From: Candidatus Woesearchaeota archaeon
GTDB taxonomy: Archaea > Nanobdellota > Nanobdellia > Woesearchaeales > SKGA01
Reading direction: 5' to 3'
Assembly: GCA_021734105.1 (NCBI GenBank)
Contig: JAIPJP010000003.1
Span: 1 to 59,104 of the forward strand
DNA: 59,104 bases
The notes under the pieces are model-generated. The model saw nothing but the letters and a program-made list of their open reading frames with translations, made no database searches and was not told the origin of the DNA. The translations under genes were made by a program, and so were the position numbers. Positions 38,544-47,852 of this stretch are shown piece after piece (the first letter of the stretch is position 1; each line of letters begins with the position of its first letter).

Positions 38544-39626
38544 ATGAGTATTTTAGAAGATAGTCAAGAAACTCAAAAACAAAAATCTGGCAAGCAAGAA
38601 ACAGTCAGCACAAAAGAAGCAGATCGAATCTTAGAAGAGCAAAAAAAATTCGATGAGAAAATGAGAGATATCGAAAAGCAGGCAAGAACTCTACAAGGAA
38701 ATCCAAAAGATCAACAATTATTCTACGATAAGGCTGTTTACACCGCTTTAACCGGCAAAGAAGTTTCAGGAATTCAAGAGAAAATAAATGATGCAATATA
38801 CATGAACACAGGTAGAAGCATGTACAAAGAACGGTCTGTTAAACATCTTAAAACAGTCGATAAAAACATCGATAAAGCTGAACGAGAACTTGAGCAAGTT
38901 GTTGGTAAATTTGAAGGCGAAATTGAATTTCAGCCAACAAGAACTATTGATGATTTTGTTTCCATGAAAGAAAGTACTCCTCAAGAATCAAAAGGTACTC
39001 GATATCAAGCTCTGGAAGCAAAAAGAGAAGCAAAAATATATGAGCGTAAAATTCAAGATATGGAAGTTGCACTATTACAATATAGTGCTAAAGAAGAAGA
39101 AATAGATAATAAAATTGAAGAACTAAGAACGTCTTTAACTACACCTGGAAATCTCGCACTTATCAGCGAACTTGAAGATGTGAAAGATGAAGTTGTTCAA
39201 AAACAAGAAGAAGTTATTGGCAAAATTGAAGACTATTCTGTTCTAAAAGAAGCAAAAGATATGGAATATGAAATTGCAGATACTAAGTTTTTGAATGAAA
39301 AAAATAATCTTTCTCAAGCACAAAGAAAACTGATGGAAGAAAAATCTAAACGAAGATTCTTAGACCTTTATATTAAAACAGATGGCATTATTGAATACGG
39401 AAACGTTATTCAGAGTATTGGAAAAGTTACTAATGGCCTAAAAGGCTATACAACTGTTTTACAGCACGAACAAGCAAAGAACAAAAGAGCATTTCCAACT
39501 TCAAATGGTATTAATGGAAAAAGTTTCAGCGGATCTGTAAAAGGCATGCACGATAAGGCAAAACTAGAAGATAGCAAATATCGAGTGGAACTTATCAAAA
39601 AAACCAAAGATAAGTATAGAAATTAA
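38544..39626 (+). CDS. Coiled-coil protein (operon gene 3)
   Basis: 360 aa, E/K/Q-rich with heptad-like periodicity and no TM segment. Confidence 0.6.
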   Translation: MSILEDSQETQKQKSGKQETVSTKEADRILEEQKKFDEKMRDIEKQARTLQGNPKDQQLFYDKAVYTALTGKEVSGIQEKINDAIYMNTGRSMYKERSVKHLKTVDKNIDKAERELEQVVGKFEGEIEFQPTRTIDDFVSMKESTPQESKGTRYQALEAKREAKIYERKIQDMEVALLQYSAKEEEIDNKIEELRTSLTTPGNLALISELEDVKDEVVQKQEEVIGKIEDYSVLKEAKDMEYEIADTKFLNEKNNLSQAQRKLMEEKSKRRFLDLYIKTDGIIEYGNVIQSIGKVTNGLKGYTTVLQHEQAKNKRAFPTSNGINGKSFSGSVKGMHDKAKLEDSKYRVELIKKTKDKYRN

Positions 39627-39659
39627 ACAATTTTTTATTTTTTTAATAGGTGAATAAAT

Positions 39660-41255
39660 ATGACTCTGGAACTACTATTGGAGAGAGATCTTCTTGTTAA
39701 CGATATGAATATTGCTAAAATAACTTATCGCGATCAGCTTCATATCCTCAAAGAAGCTGCAAGAAGTAAATTTAGTTTTGATATTGAAAAAGGAAATGAA
39801 GCTAAAACTCTTGTAGATGATGCAGGTTTACTATTCGCAGGAACATATACTTCTCTTGAAAGTAAAGTTGCCAAAAGAAAACCATTTACTAGTGCTCCCG
39901 ATGAATTTAAACGAAGTTACTTAACATTTGTTGCGGCTGAAGGCGTATTACAATACATAGCAAAAGATGAAGATATTGAAATCAGTAAAAGTTTTAAAAG
40001 ACCTGAAGTATCATTTAACCAAGGAAATTATAACCTCATCAGCGATGTTATGGAAGGTATGACTCGAGCCTTCGAAGAAAGCAGTCTGGGTAATTCAGCA
40101 ATCATTGCGGCAAATTATTTAGCAAGTGTTCGCGATGAAGCATTAAAAAAAGTTCTTCGAAAACAAGCATTAAAAAAAGATTTGCAAAACTATGCTGTTA
40201 TCAGCGATTTCTTTGCCGTTGAAGGTATCGGAAACAGCACTACAACAATTAATCCAACGACAGACGAAAAACCATTAGCCATCAAAGAAAAAAGCAAAAT
40301 AGTGTACGATCCAATTAGTTTAACAAAAAACATTAATCTAAGCGAACCAGTTCTTTTTGAACAAATTATCGGCAATAAGGATGCAATTGAACATGTCTTT
40401 AAGAATGTCCGAAAACTATTAACTTACGACTCGAAGCTTGGTTTTAATCCGGAGCAAAAAATACGAGGACTTAATCAACTCATCATGCTTACAGGTATGC
40501 CTGGAAGCGGCAAGTCAATGATAGGACAAGCAGCAGTTCATTATGCTCTTGGCATCGCAAAAAAATATAATAAAGAAGTTGAAATTGTAAAATTTGATTT
40601 TGATACTGCATGGAAATCAGGAGAAACACAAATTCTTGAGCATCAACTTAATTATATCACCCAACCAGATAAAATACGAATAGTATTCCTTGATGAGGCA
40701 GATAAATATTTCCCTTCCCGAAATGAAACAATTGATCAAAACATCATTAAAACAATAAATACGTTTTTACAAATCGATAACCCTGCAATATATCCAAATG
40801 CAGGAAATTACCTCATCTTAACAACAACTAACAGAGGAAAAAATATCGACCCTGCAATAATGGATAGATATGCGAGAATAGGAGGCGTTCATTTTTGTAA
40901 TGGACCTGAAACAGCAAAAGAACGAATAAAACTTATTAAACAGTATTTGAAAAAGCACGAAGTTGAACAATATATCAACATCACTGACTGGAACGAAATA
41001 GGAAGAAGAAGTGATAAAGTTAGTGCAAGAGCGCTTTCAGGAGTTGCTGAACTTGTTAAAGGTGAAGTATACAAAGATAATGAATTCATTGAAGACGATG
41101 TGTACTTTAATTCTGATGGAAATCAAGTAATAGATATCATCAAAAAAGACACACAAAAAGTAGGCCAAGAACAAATGTATTCATTAATACATCGAGCCAA
41201 AGAATTAGACGAAAAATTAAATAAACTCAATCAACAATTTAGAGGTAGTGCATAA
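39660..41255 (+). CDS. Classical AAA-family ATPase with unknown N-terminal domain of about 260 aa (operon gene 4)
   Basis: Walker A LTGMPGSGKSM, Walker B IVFLDEADK, sensor-1 LILTTTNRG, and the Arg-finger region IDPAIMDRYAR. Confidence 0.8.
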   Translation: MTLELLLERDLLVNDMNIAKITYRDQLHILKEAARSKFSFDIEKGNEAKTLVDDAGLLFAGTYTSLESKVAKRKPFTSAPDEFKRSYLTFVAAEGVLQYIAKDEDIEISKSFKRPEVSFNQGNYNLISDVMEGMTRAFEESSLGNSAIIAANYLASVRDEALKKVLRKQALKKDLQNYAVISDFFAVEGIGNSTTTINPTTDEKPLAIKEKSKIVYDPISLTKNINLSEPVLFEQIIGNKDAIEHVFKNVRKLLTYDSKLGFNPEQKIRGLNQLIMLTGMPGSGKSMIGQAAVHYALGIAKKYNKEVEIVKFDFDTAWKSGETQILEHQLNYITQPDKIRIVFLDEADKYFPSRNETIDQNIIKTINTFLQIDNPAIYPNAGNYLILTTTNRGKNIDPAIMDRYARIGGVHFCNGPETAKERIKLIKQYLKKHEVEQYINITDWNEIGRRSDKVSARALSGVAELVKGEVYKDNEFIEDDVYFNSDGNQVIDIIKKDTQKVGQEQMYSLIHRAKELDEKLNKLNQQFRGSA

Positions 41256-42664
41256 TGCTCCCTCGGGAAATGCTTCGCAGTAAAGAAGCAAAAGAAATAT
41301 GGGATTTCTTGCATGGAAAAGAGAAGAAAGAAGAAAAATCAAAACAAAATTATAAGGTCATAAGAACAACAAGTTCTGTACCAGCAGTAGACGATGCAAT
41401 CAAAACAAGATTCAAACAGACACCAAAAAATAGTATCCCGACCTCAACAGTTAGTATCGATAGTCTTATTACTAAAGGAGAGCATATTCCTGAAGCATCA
41501 ATAACAACAACTCCAGAACATAAAGAAGAATCCTTACGGTTTTCAGATTTAAAAACTCCAGAACTACACGATATTGTCAAATATGCACAAAACAAAGGTA
41601 TTGTTGGTGAAGAAGCATTAGTAGTTACTGCATACCTTGCACTATCTCATAATATTCATTTGGGAGTTGAAGGGTATAGTGGTTCAGGAAAAACATTTCT
41701 TACAGATAAAATTATCGACCTTATTCCTGAAGAAGAAATTTATCGAGCAGAACTTGCTTCAAAGCAAGCAATCTTTCACGATGAAGGCAGAATTAATGAA
41801 GCAAAAATACTCTATTTTCCAGAATTACAAAAAGCATTACAAGACAAAACAGCACCAGCTCTAGAGCTTATTAAAAATATTACCGAAGGTCGAGATGCAA
41901 AACGACTCGTTACTTCAAAAAATTTAGAAGGCAGTGATGAATTTATTATTACAAAAGATAAAATTATTATCTACACGCTTGCAAAAGAAAATTCGTTTAA
42001 GAAAGATACAGAACTTTCCAGAAGAATTATGCGACTAGTTACTGATTCATCACCAGAACATTTTGAAGCAATTCATAATTATAAAGCGAATGCTCGATTA
42101 CAACTCAAAACTAATGGTACAAGCAAAGACTTAGCACAACGTCTGAGCAATCATCTTCACACTCTTCGTAACTTTTCCGTGCAGGTGATTGACCCATTCG
42201 CAGAATACCTCCAAGCATTTATTCCAAAAACACAGAAATCGGTCGGATATATCGACCATTACTACCACTTGGTTGACGCCTGCACGCGTTTCCATTACCA
42301 AGAAAGAGAACATTTCAATATTAATGGGCAAGATTATTTGCTCGCGCAAGTCCAAGATCATCAGTACATTCATGCACTCTACTATAACGAGTTTATGAAA
42401 ACACTTGATGACTTAGCACAAGAAGATGAAGCAAAACAAGAATTTACAGCTCCTGATTGGAAAGACTGTTTTGAGCAAGGAAGAGAAAATTTGTATAACA
42501 ATGAAGCCTTACACACAATAATAGAAAGAAATCCTACTCTTTTAAAGAACTGGGAGTTACGACAACTCAACCAAAGTAGCATATACACAAAGAATTATAA
42601 AACTGGTGAACTTTTCACACTTACAAGCAACGTCGAGTTAAATAAAAATGATACGATTTCCTGA
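41255..42664 (+). CDS. P-loop NTPase with SF3 (D5/P4/VirE-like) helicase-core resemblance (operon gene 5)
   Basis: Walker A GYSGSGKTF and Walker-B-like ILYFPE, followed by LIKNITEGRDAKR, KIIIYTLAKEN and LSRRIMRL in the order seen in D5/P4-type cores. The start codon overlaps the gene 4 stop. Confidence 0.55.
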   Translation: MLPREMLRSKEAKEIWDFLHGKEKKEEKSKQNYKVIRTTSSVPAVDDAIKTRFKQTPKNSIPTSTVSIDSLITKGEHIPEASITTTPEHKEESLRFSDLKTPELHDIVKYAQNKGIVGEEALVVTAYLALSHNIHLGVEGYSGSGKTFLTDKIIDLIPEEEIYRAELASKQAIFHDEGRINEAKILYFPELQKALQDKTAPALELIKNITEGRDAKRLVTSKNLEGSDEFIITKDKIIIYTLAKENSFKKDTELSRRIMRLVTDSSPEHFEAIHNYKANARLQLKTNGTSKDLAQRLSNHLHTLRNFSVQVIDPFAEYLQAFIPKTQKSVGYIDHYYHLVDACTRFHYQEREHFNINGQDYLLAQVQDHQYIHALYYNEFMKTLDDLAQEDEAKQEFTAPDWKDCFEQGRENLYNNEALHTIIERNPTLLKNWELRQLNQSSIYTKNYKTGELFTLTSNVELNKNDTIS

Positions 42665-43862
42665 AATTTGGAAAAGATACGAGCAAGGCGAGTTAAAAAG
42701 ACTTGAGCCCGAGAAACCCTCTTCTACTAAAATAATGGGTTACAAAGACTTAGATGCTAGTTCACAAGCCATTAACCAAATCGCTTCATTTCAAAGTAAA
42801 CCTCTTCTTAAAAAAATAAATAGCCTACCCATCACTAAACCATCCATTCCAGCATTAGAGAAAATCCTTGAACCTATAGAAGCTGCAGAAAAAAATATTG
42901 CTGATAAAGTTGATTTATTCGAGCTTCACGGACATTTTATCAGAGTCATAAAGCTAGGAGATGCATATGATAATTTCATTCTTGGTGCCGAGATAAAAAA
43001 TTATCTGGACTTTGACTTTTTCTATACAAATCTCAAAAATGGAAAAAACGAATCAATTGTTCAAAAAAAACGAGAACAAGTTGATTCTATACACGAAGTG
43101 GTTGTAGGCCTACATCGTCTTGCACAGCGAAGAAAAATTGATGATGAAATCCCTTACATGAATAAACAGACCATTACAGAATACAGCACCACCCGTAATG
43201 AAATTAACAAGATTAAAGGCAATATAGCGCGCATCAAAGAAGAATATGAATACACTGATTTACTTTCAAAGAAAGGTCAAAAAGATATCAAAGAACTCCA
43301 ACATGAAATTAAACAATGGTGGAAAAAAGATCTCATTACTAACGCAAAGGCCATTGGCTATGTTGAAGGTGTTGCAGAGCTTAAAGACTTACACGAACTA
43401 CTTAAAGATGCACGAAAACACCCAAAAGAATATCAAGTAGCAAAACGAGCACAACAACGAATTAAACAACAGACGCAACCAGCAGAAACAATTACACCTT
43501 ATGAAGTAAAACAAGAAGAAACAAAGCAACCAGTTTCCGCTCTAGAGCCTGAAGAAAAAACACCTCAATATTCACTGTCCATGCACCTGTTCTCCATTGG
43601 CTATCCACAAAACTTCCAATACTTTCCACTTAGAAGCTCACTTGTTGAGCAAGACGCTTGGCCGAAACGATTCGAACGATTTAACAAATATCTTACTAAT
43701 TTAACAGCGACAAAAGCTGTGCTTCAGATGAGTACAGAAGATAAAACATATTTAAAGTCAATTGCAGAAGGCATGTATCTTGCAGCAGAGAAGCCAGAAC
43801 CAGACTTCCCCGTAAAAACAGCTAAAGAGACATACAAGACGCTTCAAACACTTAGTTCTTAG
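42648..43862 (+). CDS. Hypothetical protein (operon gene 6)
   Basis: 404 aa, overlapping gene 5 by 17 nt. No family recognised. Confidence 0.55.
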   Translation: MIRFPEIWKRYEQGELKRLEPEKPSSTKIMGYKDLDASSQAINQIASFQSKPLLKKINSLPITKPSIPALEKILEPIEAAEKNIADKVDLFELHGHFIRVIKLGDAYDNFILGAEIKNYLDFDFFYTNLKNGKNESIVQKKREQVDSIHEVVVGLHRLAQRRKIDDEIPYMNKQTITEYSTTRNEINKIKGNIARIKEEYEYTDLLSKKGQKDIKELQHEIKQWWKKDLITNAKAIGYVEGVAELKDLHELLKDARKHPKEYQVAKRAQQRIKQQTQPAETITPYEVKQEETKQPVSALEPEEKTPQYSLSMHLFSIGYPQNFQYFPLRSSLVEQDAWPKRFERFNKYLTNLTATKAVLQMSTEDKTYLKSIAEGMYLAAEKPEPDFPVKTAKETYKTLQTLSS

Positions 43863-43886
43863 AAATTTTCAAGATATTGCTTAGCG

Positions 43887-44609
43887 TTACTTTTTTGCAG
43901 CTTCCCAGAGAAGTGCGAAATATTTTTTGTAGCTCTGCGCGACTTGTTTATTTTTTACAACGATGCAGACTAGAGGTTTTTCCCAAAGCGTAATCATTAT
44001 CTCATCACCACAGACCCAAGTTGAAACTTGCGAATCAAAAGACTCAGGCAGAAATCTTGCTTGGGTTAATTTCATTTTATTTAAGAATTTAATTCGATCA
44101 GTCGCATCATGATTGTAAATATGGAGCATCTTTACACCTTGCTGTATTCTATCTTTGTGAAAATGAGGAATTTTTGTTCTTACCAGTTCAGGAACTGTAT
44201 TAGGAATACCATAGACTCGAATATCATCGTTGTACTTTAGAAAGCCACGCATGGCATTAAACAAACCTTGGAGACCTTCAGCCACGTAAGACTCGCTCGT
44301 ATCTTCTACTAATCGTCTTGAAAGTTCTAATTGCGGAAGAATGGCAGTAAGTTGATTTTCTTTTGCCTTTAGAATATTCATCAAAGCGCTTGGCTCAACA
44401 GCTTCATAGTAAGAAACTTTTTCTTTTTGCATATACGTTGCAAGGCCACGAGCAACAAGTTTTTTAAGAGCATCATAAATGTTTGCACGGTGAAGTTTAG
44501 TTGTATCTGCTACTTTTGTAACCGTTGAAACACCGTCGTGAAGGAGTGCTAAGTAGATTTTTGCTTCGCTGCGACTCAGACCAATATCGACCAAAATATC
44601 TTCGTTCAT
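43887..44609 (-). CDS. TrmB-family transcriptional regulator
   Basis: The N-terminal LGLSRSEAKIYLALLHDGVSTVTKVADTTKLHRANIYDALKKLVARGL is the TrmB wHTH. A C-terminal effector-like domain follows. Confidence 0.8.
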   Translation of the reverse strand: MNEDILVDIGLSRSEAKIYLALLHDGVSTVTKVADTTKLHRANIYDALKKLVARGLATYMQKEKVSYYEAVEPSALMNILKAKENQLTAILPQLELSRRLVEDTSESYVAEGLQGLFNAMRGFLKYNDDIRVYGIPNTVPELVRTKIPHFHKDRIQQGVKMLHIYNHDATDRIKFLNKMKLTQARFLPESFDSQVSTWVCGDEIMITLWEKPLVCIVVKNKQVAQSYKKYFALLWEAAKK

Positions 44610-44640
44610 TTATAAATAACCCTGTTTAAACTATATAATT

Positions 44641-44665
44641 CAGCAAAGATATATAAATATTGCTG
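44641..44665. promoter_or_regulatory. Inverted repeat CAGCAA-N13-TTGCTG bracketing a TATA-like ATATATAAATA in the TrmB/LDH-like divergent intergenic region
   Basis: The sequence is cagcaaagatatataaatattgctg. It lies about 40 nt upstream of the ATG at 44704. Confidence 0.4.
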
Positions 44666-44703
44666 CCACCCTCTACTGTAAAGTAGTACACGGGGAAGAA
44701 CGT

Positions 44704-47034
44704 ATGACAGCTGTATTTGATGCAAACCAACTAATGGCCAGACAACAACGACAACAAGTTGAAGCAGCACTACGCGGTTGGGATCATCTCAATCCAAAAA
44801 AATATAATATTCTTTTTATTGGTGATGGTGGCGTTACTCAAAACGCCATAAATCTTATTGCAAATAATGCCAATAAATTCATATTTGATATCGACCATAT
44901 TTATATCGTCGGAAGAGTTCAAGAAGGAAGTGTACAGAAACGAGAAAAAGCAATTAGAGATGGCAAGATACATACAAGGATAGATAACAATGAAATTAAG
45001 ATCAAACCAAGAAGTTTTGAATATTTAGAAGAACTACTTCAAGGCAATAAAACTGATTTAGTCTTTTTTACACTAGATAAAAATCCATCTAATGAGTATG
45101 ATAGAAGCAAGTTATCCGCAGAAAATATTAGTTTAGTAGAAAAACTCAAAGGTAAAGTCAAAGCAGATTTTACAGGAATCATCAATTTTGTTTCCAATCT
45201 GCCAGAAGTCTTAGCAGCTTATGCAACACAAATTCTAGATATTGACCCAAGACAAATAACTGCAAATGTTCCACTTGATCTTCTTCGAGCAGAATCAATA
45301 ATCTATAATGAAATAAGAGAAGAAATTTCTGGATTTACAGGATTTGAAATAGTTATGGCAGGATTTCATGATCAAATAATACCCTTTTTAGAACACTCCA
45401 AAATTTGGACTGGCTACACCATAAACAAAAACACAACAGAAAGAAATTTTAAAACATTTAACGAATACATTGCAAGAGATCCTCGATTTGAAGGAGCTGT
45501 TAGAGAACAAGTAAGTAAATATGCAAAAGAAGACTTTGAATTATTAGAAGCGTACTTAAAAGCAAAAGGGTTTGAATGGCAACAAGGTGCAACCATTGAA
45601 ACAACAGGTGCAGGAATTTTTAGATTTACTCAAACAGTAATTAATGGAGAAAAAACAATTACAGGCATCCCTGAACTAGTAGGAGATAAATACTATTTCA
45701 AAAACTTACCAGTTACATTTGAAAATGGTTTTCCCCAACGAGATGAAGAAGTAATCAGAAAGCTCTCCGAAGAAGACAAACGACTTATAGATGCAACAAT
45801 TGTAGATTCCAAGCATACAACACCAAATCAAAGAAAAAATTCAATAATGCCAAAAACACTTCAAACAATCATTGAAGAAACGACTAAAGAAGTTAATAGA
45901 AAACGAAGCAAGCATGATAAAATAATAATAGCATGTCAAACCCCGCGAGCAACCGATGAAGAATTAGCAGAGAAGTTTGGTAAGCGAAAAAAGCTCAACA
46001 TAAAAGAAGTTGATGAAGCAACCATAAAACATCTTCAAAATAAAAACATGAAAAAAGTTCTTGAGGAAGGTTTATACACCACATTTGCTCTGAAAAAATC
46101 AAACAATAAAACAGGATTTACTTATTACGAATTCGCAGGTTCAATTGAACCCTTCAATTCCAAGCCATATCAAGTGAGAAACAAGAATCTTTCTTACGAA
46201 GAAGAAAAAGAATTCCTCAGAAAATCACCAATTACAAAAATTAACCATTACAAAGAACATATTTATGCAACTATCGCAACTCAAGGAAAAAACAATCTTT
46301 TTTGCACACTAGGACTGGTTGAATTTGAAAAAAACAATGGTTTAGAAGGACAAATTATCTGGCAATGTGAAAAGCCAATGGACTCAATTATAGAAGAATT
46401 TATCATTCAAAAAAATCAAACTGTTGCAATAGTCTCAACACCCGATGGCCAGTTTCTTGAACGAATAGATCAAAAAGGAAAAATAAGAGAAACCACGAGT
46501 TTGCCTGAACAAATATATGGATTTCAAAAATATAAAGAAGGATTATTGCTTATTGGAGAGGAGAATGTTTATCAATACACGAATAAATGGAAAAAAATTG
46601 CTCCAAATAACAAAGGACGGGAGTATGAACTGCTTAGTGATAGAAATATTCTTTTAACGATGTCTGAAAACAGGGCCAACATTATTGATTTGGAAAAAGG
46701 TTTGATAACTTCTTATCCAACTACAAATTATCTTGGAACTATTGCATCTGAGAAAAAATATTTGCAATTAGCAACATCAAACGAAGAAGGCATAGTTATC
46801 CAAGAATTTAGAAGCAAAGAGGAAGCAGTCTCTAAAGAAAGTAAGGAACGATTTATCAGAGAAAGCCAGTTAGAAGATCCTTGGAAAATATATGCACCAA
46901 GAAAAAATGTTCTTATAACATTTCATCAAGATAATATCTTTGCAACAAGCCATAACGATTTAGGACAATTAAAAACAGTGAATTTAGTTTCAGGAGCACA
47001 GTTCTTAGATTTTGGAGGGTTTTTTGAAAAATGA
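44704..47034 (+). CDS. LDH/MDH-like 2-hydroxyacid dehydrogenase-fold domain fused to a beta-rich (propeller-like?) C-terminal domain of about 400 aa
   Basis: The N-terminal half follows the LDH order: ILFIGDGGVTQNA, DLVFFTLDKNPSNEYDRSKL, FVSNLPEVL, PLDLLRAE, MAGFHDQIIPF. The C-terminal half consists of repeated short beta-strand-like segments. Confidence 0.55.
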   Translation: MTAVFDANQLMARQQRQQVEAALRGWDHLNPKKYNILFIGDGGVTQNAINLIANNANKFIFDIDHIYIVGRVQEGSVQKREKAIRDGKIHTRIDNNEIKIKPRSFEYLEELLQGNKTDLVFFTLDKNPSNEYDRSKLSAENISLVEKLKGKVKADFTGIINFVSNLPEVLAAYATQILDIDPRQITANVPLDLLRAESIIYNEIREEISGFTGFEIVMAGFHDQIIPFLEHSKIWTGYTINKNTTERNFKTFNEYIARDPRFEGAVREQVSKYAKEDFELLEAYLKAKGFEWQQGATIETTGAGIFRFTQTVINGEKTITGIPELVGDKYYFKNLPVTFENGFPQRDEEVIRKLSEEDKRLIDATIVDSKHTTPNQRKNSIMPKTLQTIIEETTKEVNRKRSKHDKIIIACQTPRATDEELAEKFGKRKKLNIKEVDEATIKHLQNKNMKKVLEEGLYTTFALKKSNNKTGFTYYEFAGSIEPFNSKPYQVRNKNLSYEEEKEFLRKSPITKINHYKEHIYATIATQGKNNLFCTLGLVEFEKNNGLEGQIIWQCEKPMDSIIEEFIIQKNQTVAIVSTPDGQFLERIDQKGKIRETTSLPEQIYGFQKYKEGLLLIGEENVYQYTNKWKKIAPNNKGREYELLSDRNILLTMSENRANIIDLEKGLITSYPTTNYLGTIASEKKYLQLATSNEEGIVIQEFRSKEEAVSKESKERFIRESQLEDPWKIYAPRKNVLITFHQDNIFATSHNDLGQLKTVNLVSGAQFLDFGGFFEK

Positions 47035-47852
47035 ATTATTTAGAGTTTATTACAAAAACAGAATTTCAAAACAAACGATCTGAACAACAAGATAGAACTT
47101 ATTATGACCTAGAACAAGGAATAATTTTAGTTGCAGACGGACTTGGTGGAGAAAAACATCTCCGAGGAGATTATGCAAGCCAATTAGCTGTTGAAGAGAT
47201 GAGAAAACATATCGAATCAAATAATTATATGATTAAAGAGAAAATTATTTCAGAAGGCGAAATTACCTATTGGTTCAAAGTAAGTTTAGAAAAAACAAAT
47301 GAACTTATCGCGGAGCTTTCCCATAAAACTGAACAGTTCAAAAATACAGGAACTACACTTGAGGCACTGCATATCTACAAGAACCGATTATATTATGCAC
47401 ACATAGGCGATAGTGCGACATTTATCATCAGACCAAATGAAAAAAATTATGTAAACTGGTCTATGCATGGTTCAATTCAAAAACTAGCACAAGAACATAA
47501 TAGTAATAAAGAAAACACAACAGGATTTGTTACAAGTTACTTAGGCAGAGACAGCAAACTATCCGAAAACAAATTCGAATTTAACATATATAAACTTCAA
47601 CCTGGAGATATCATATTTTCTTGTACTGATGGAGTTACTAACCCATTAATAACAGATGATATTCTTGACATTTTTACTAATAATAGAATAGTTGACGTTA
47701 GTAAAAAGATTATCGAACGAGTTAATAATCCTGTAGGAAGACTTATTGAACTTCAAAAAAAAGGAAAAAAACATACACTCCAACAATACTTAGGAGATAA
47801 TGCTTCTTTCGTAATATATCAAGTAGGTAATACATATGACAAAAGAAAATAA
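47031..47852 (+). CDS. PP2C-family Ser/Thr phosphatase
   Basis: Motifs seen are VADGLGGE, AHIGDSATF, SCTDGVTN and LGDNASFVIY. It has an ATGA overlap with the upstream gene. Confidence 0.85.
   Translation: MNYLEFITKTEFQNKRSEQQDRTYYDLEQGIILVADGLGGEKHLRGDYASQLAVEEMRKHIESNNYMIKEKIISEGEITYWFKVSLEKTNELIAELSHKTEQFKNTGTTLEALHIYKNRLYYAHIGDSATFIIRPNEKNYVNWSMHGSIQKLAQEHNSNKENTTGFVTSYLGRDSKLSENKFEFNIYKLQPGDIIFSCTDGVTNPLITDDILDIFTNNRIVDVSKKIIERVNNPVGRLIELQKKGKKHTLQQYLGDNASFVIYQVGNTYDKRK

Noticed and set aside
38544-41255. Coiled-coil protein plus AAA ATPase as a Cdv/ESCRT-III/Vps4-like division module.
   Set aside because: I could not recognise an MIT domain at the ATPase N-terminus, ESCRT-III helical-hairpin features or a CdvA-like partner. 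The idea is kept only as something structure prediction could revisit.
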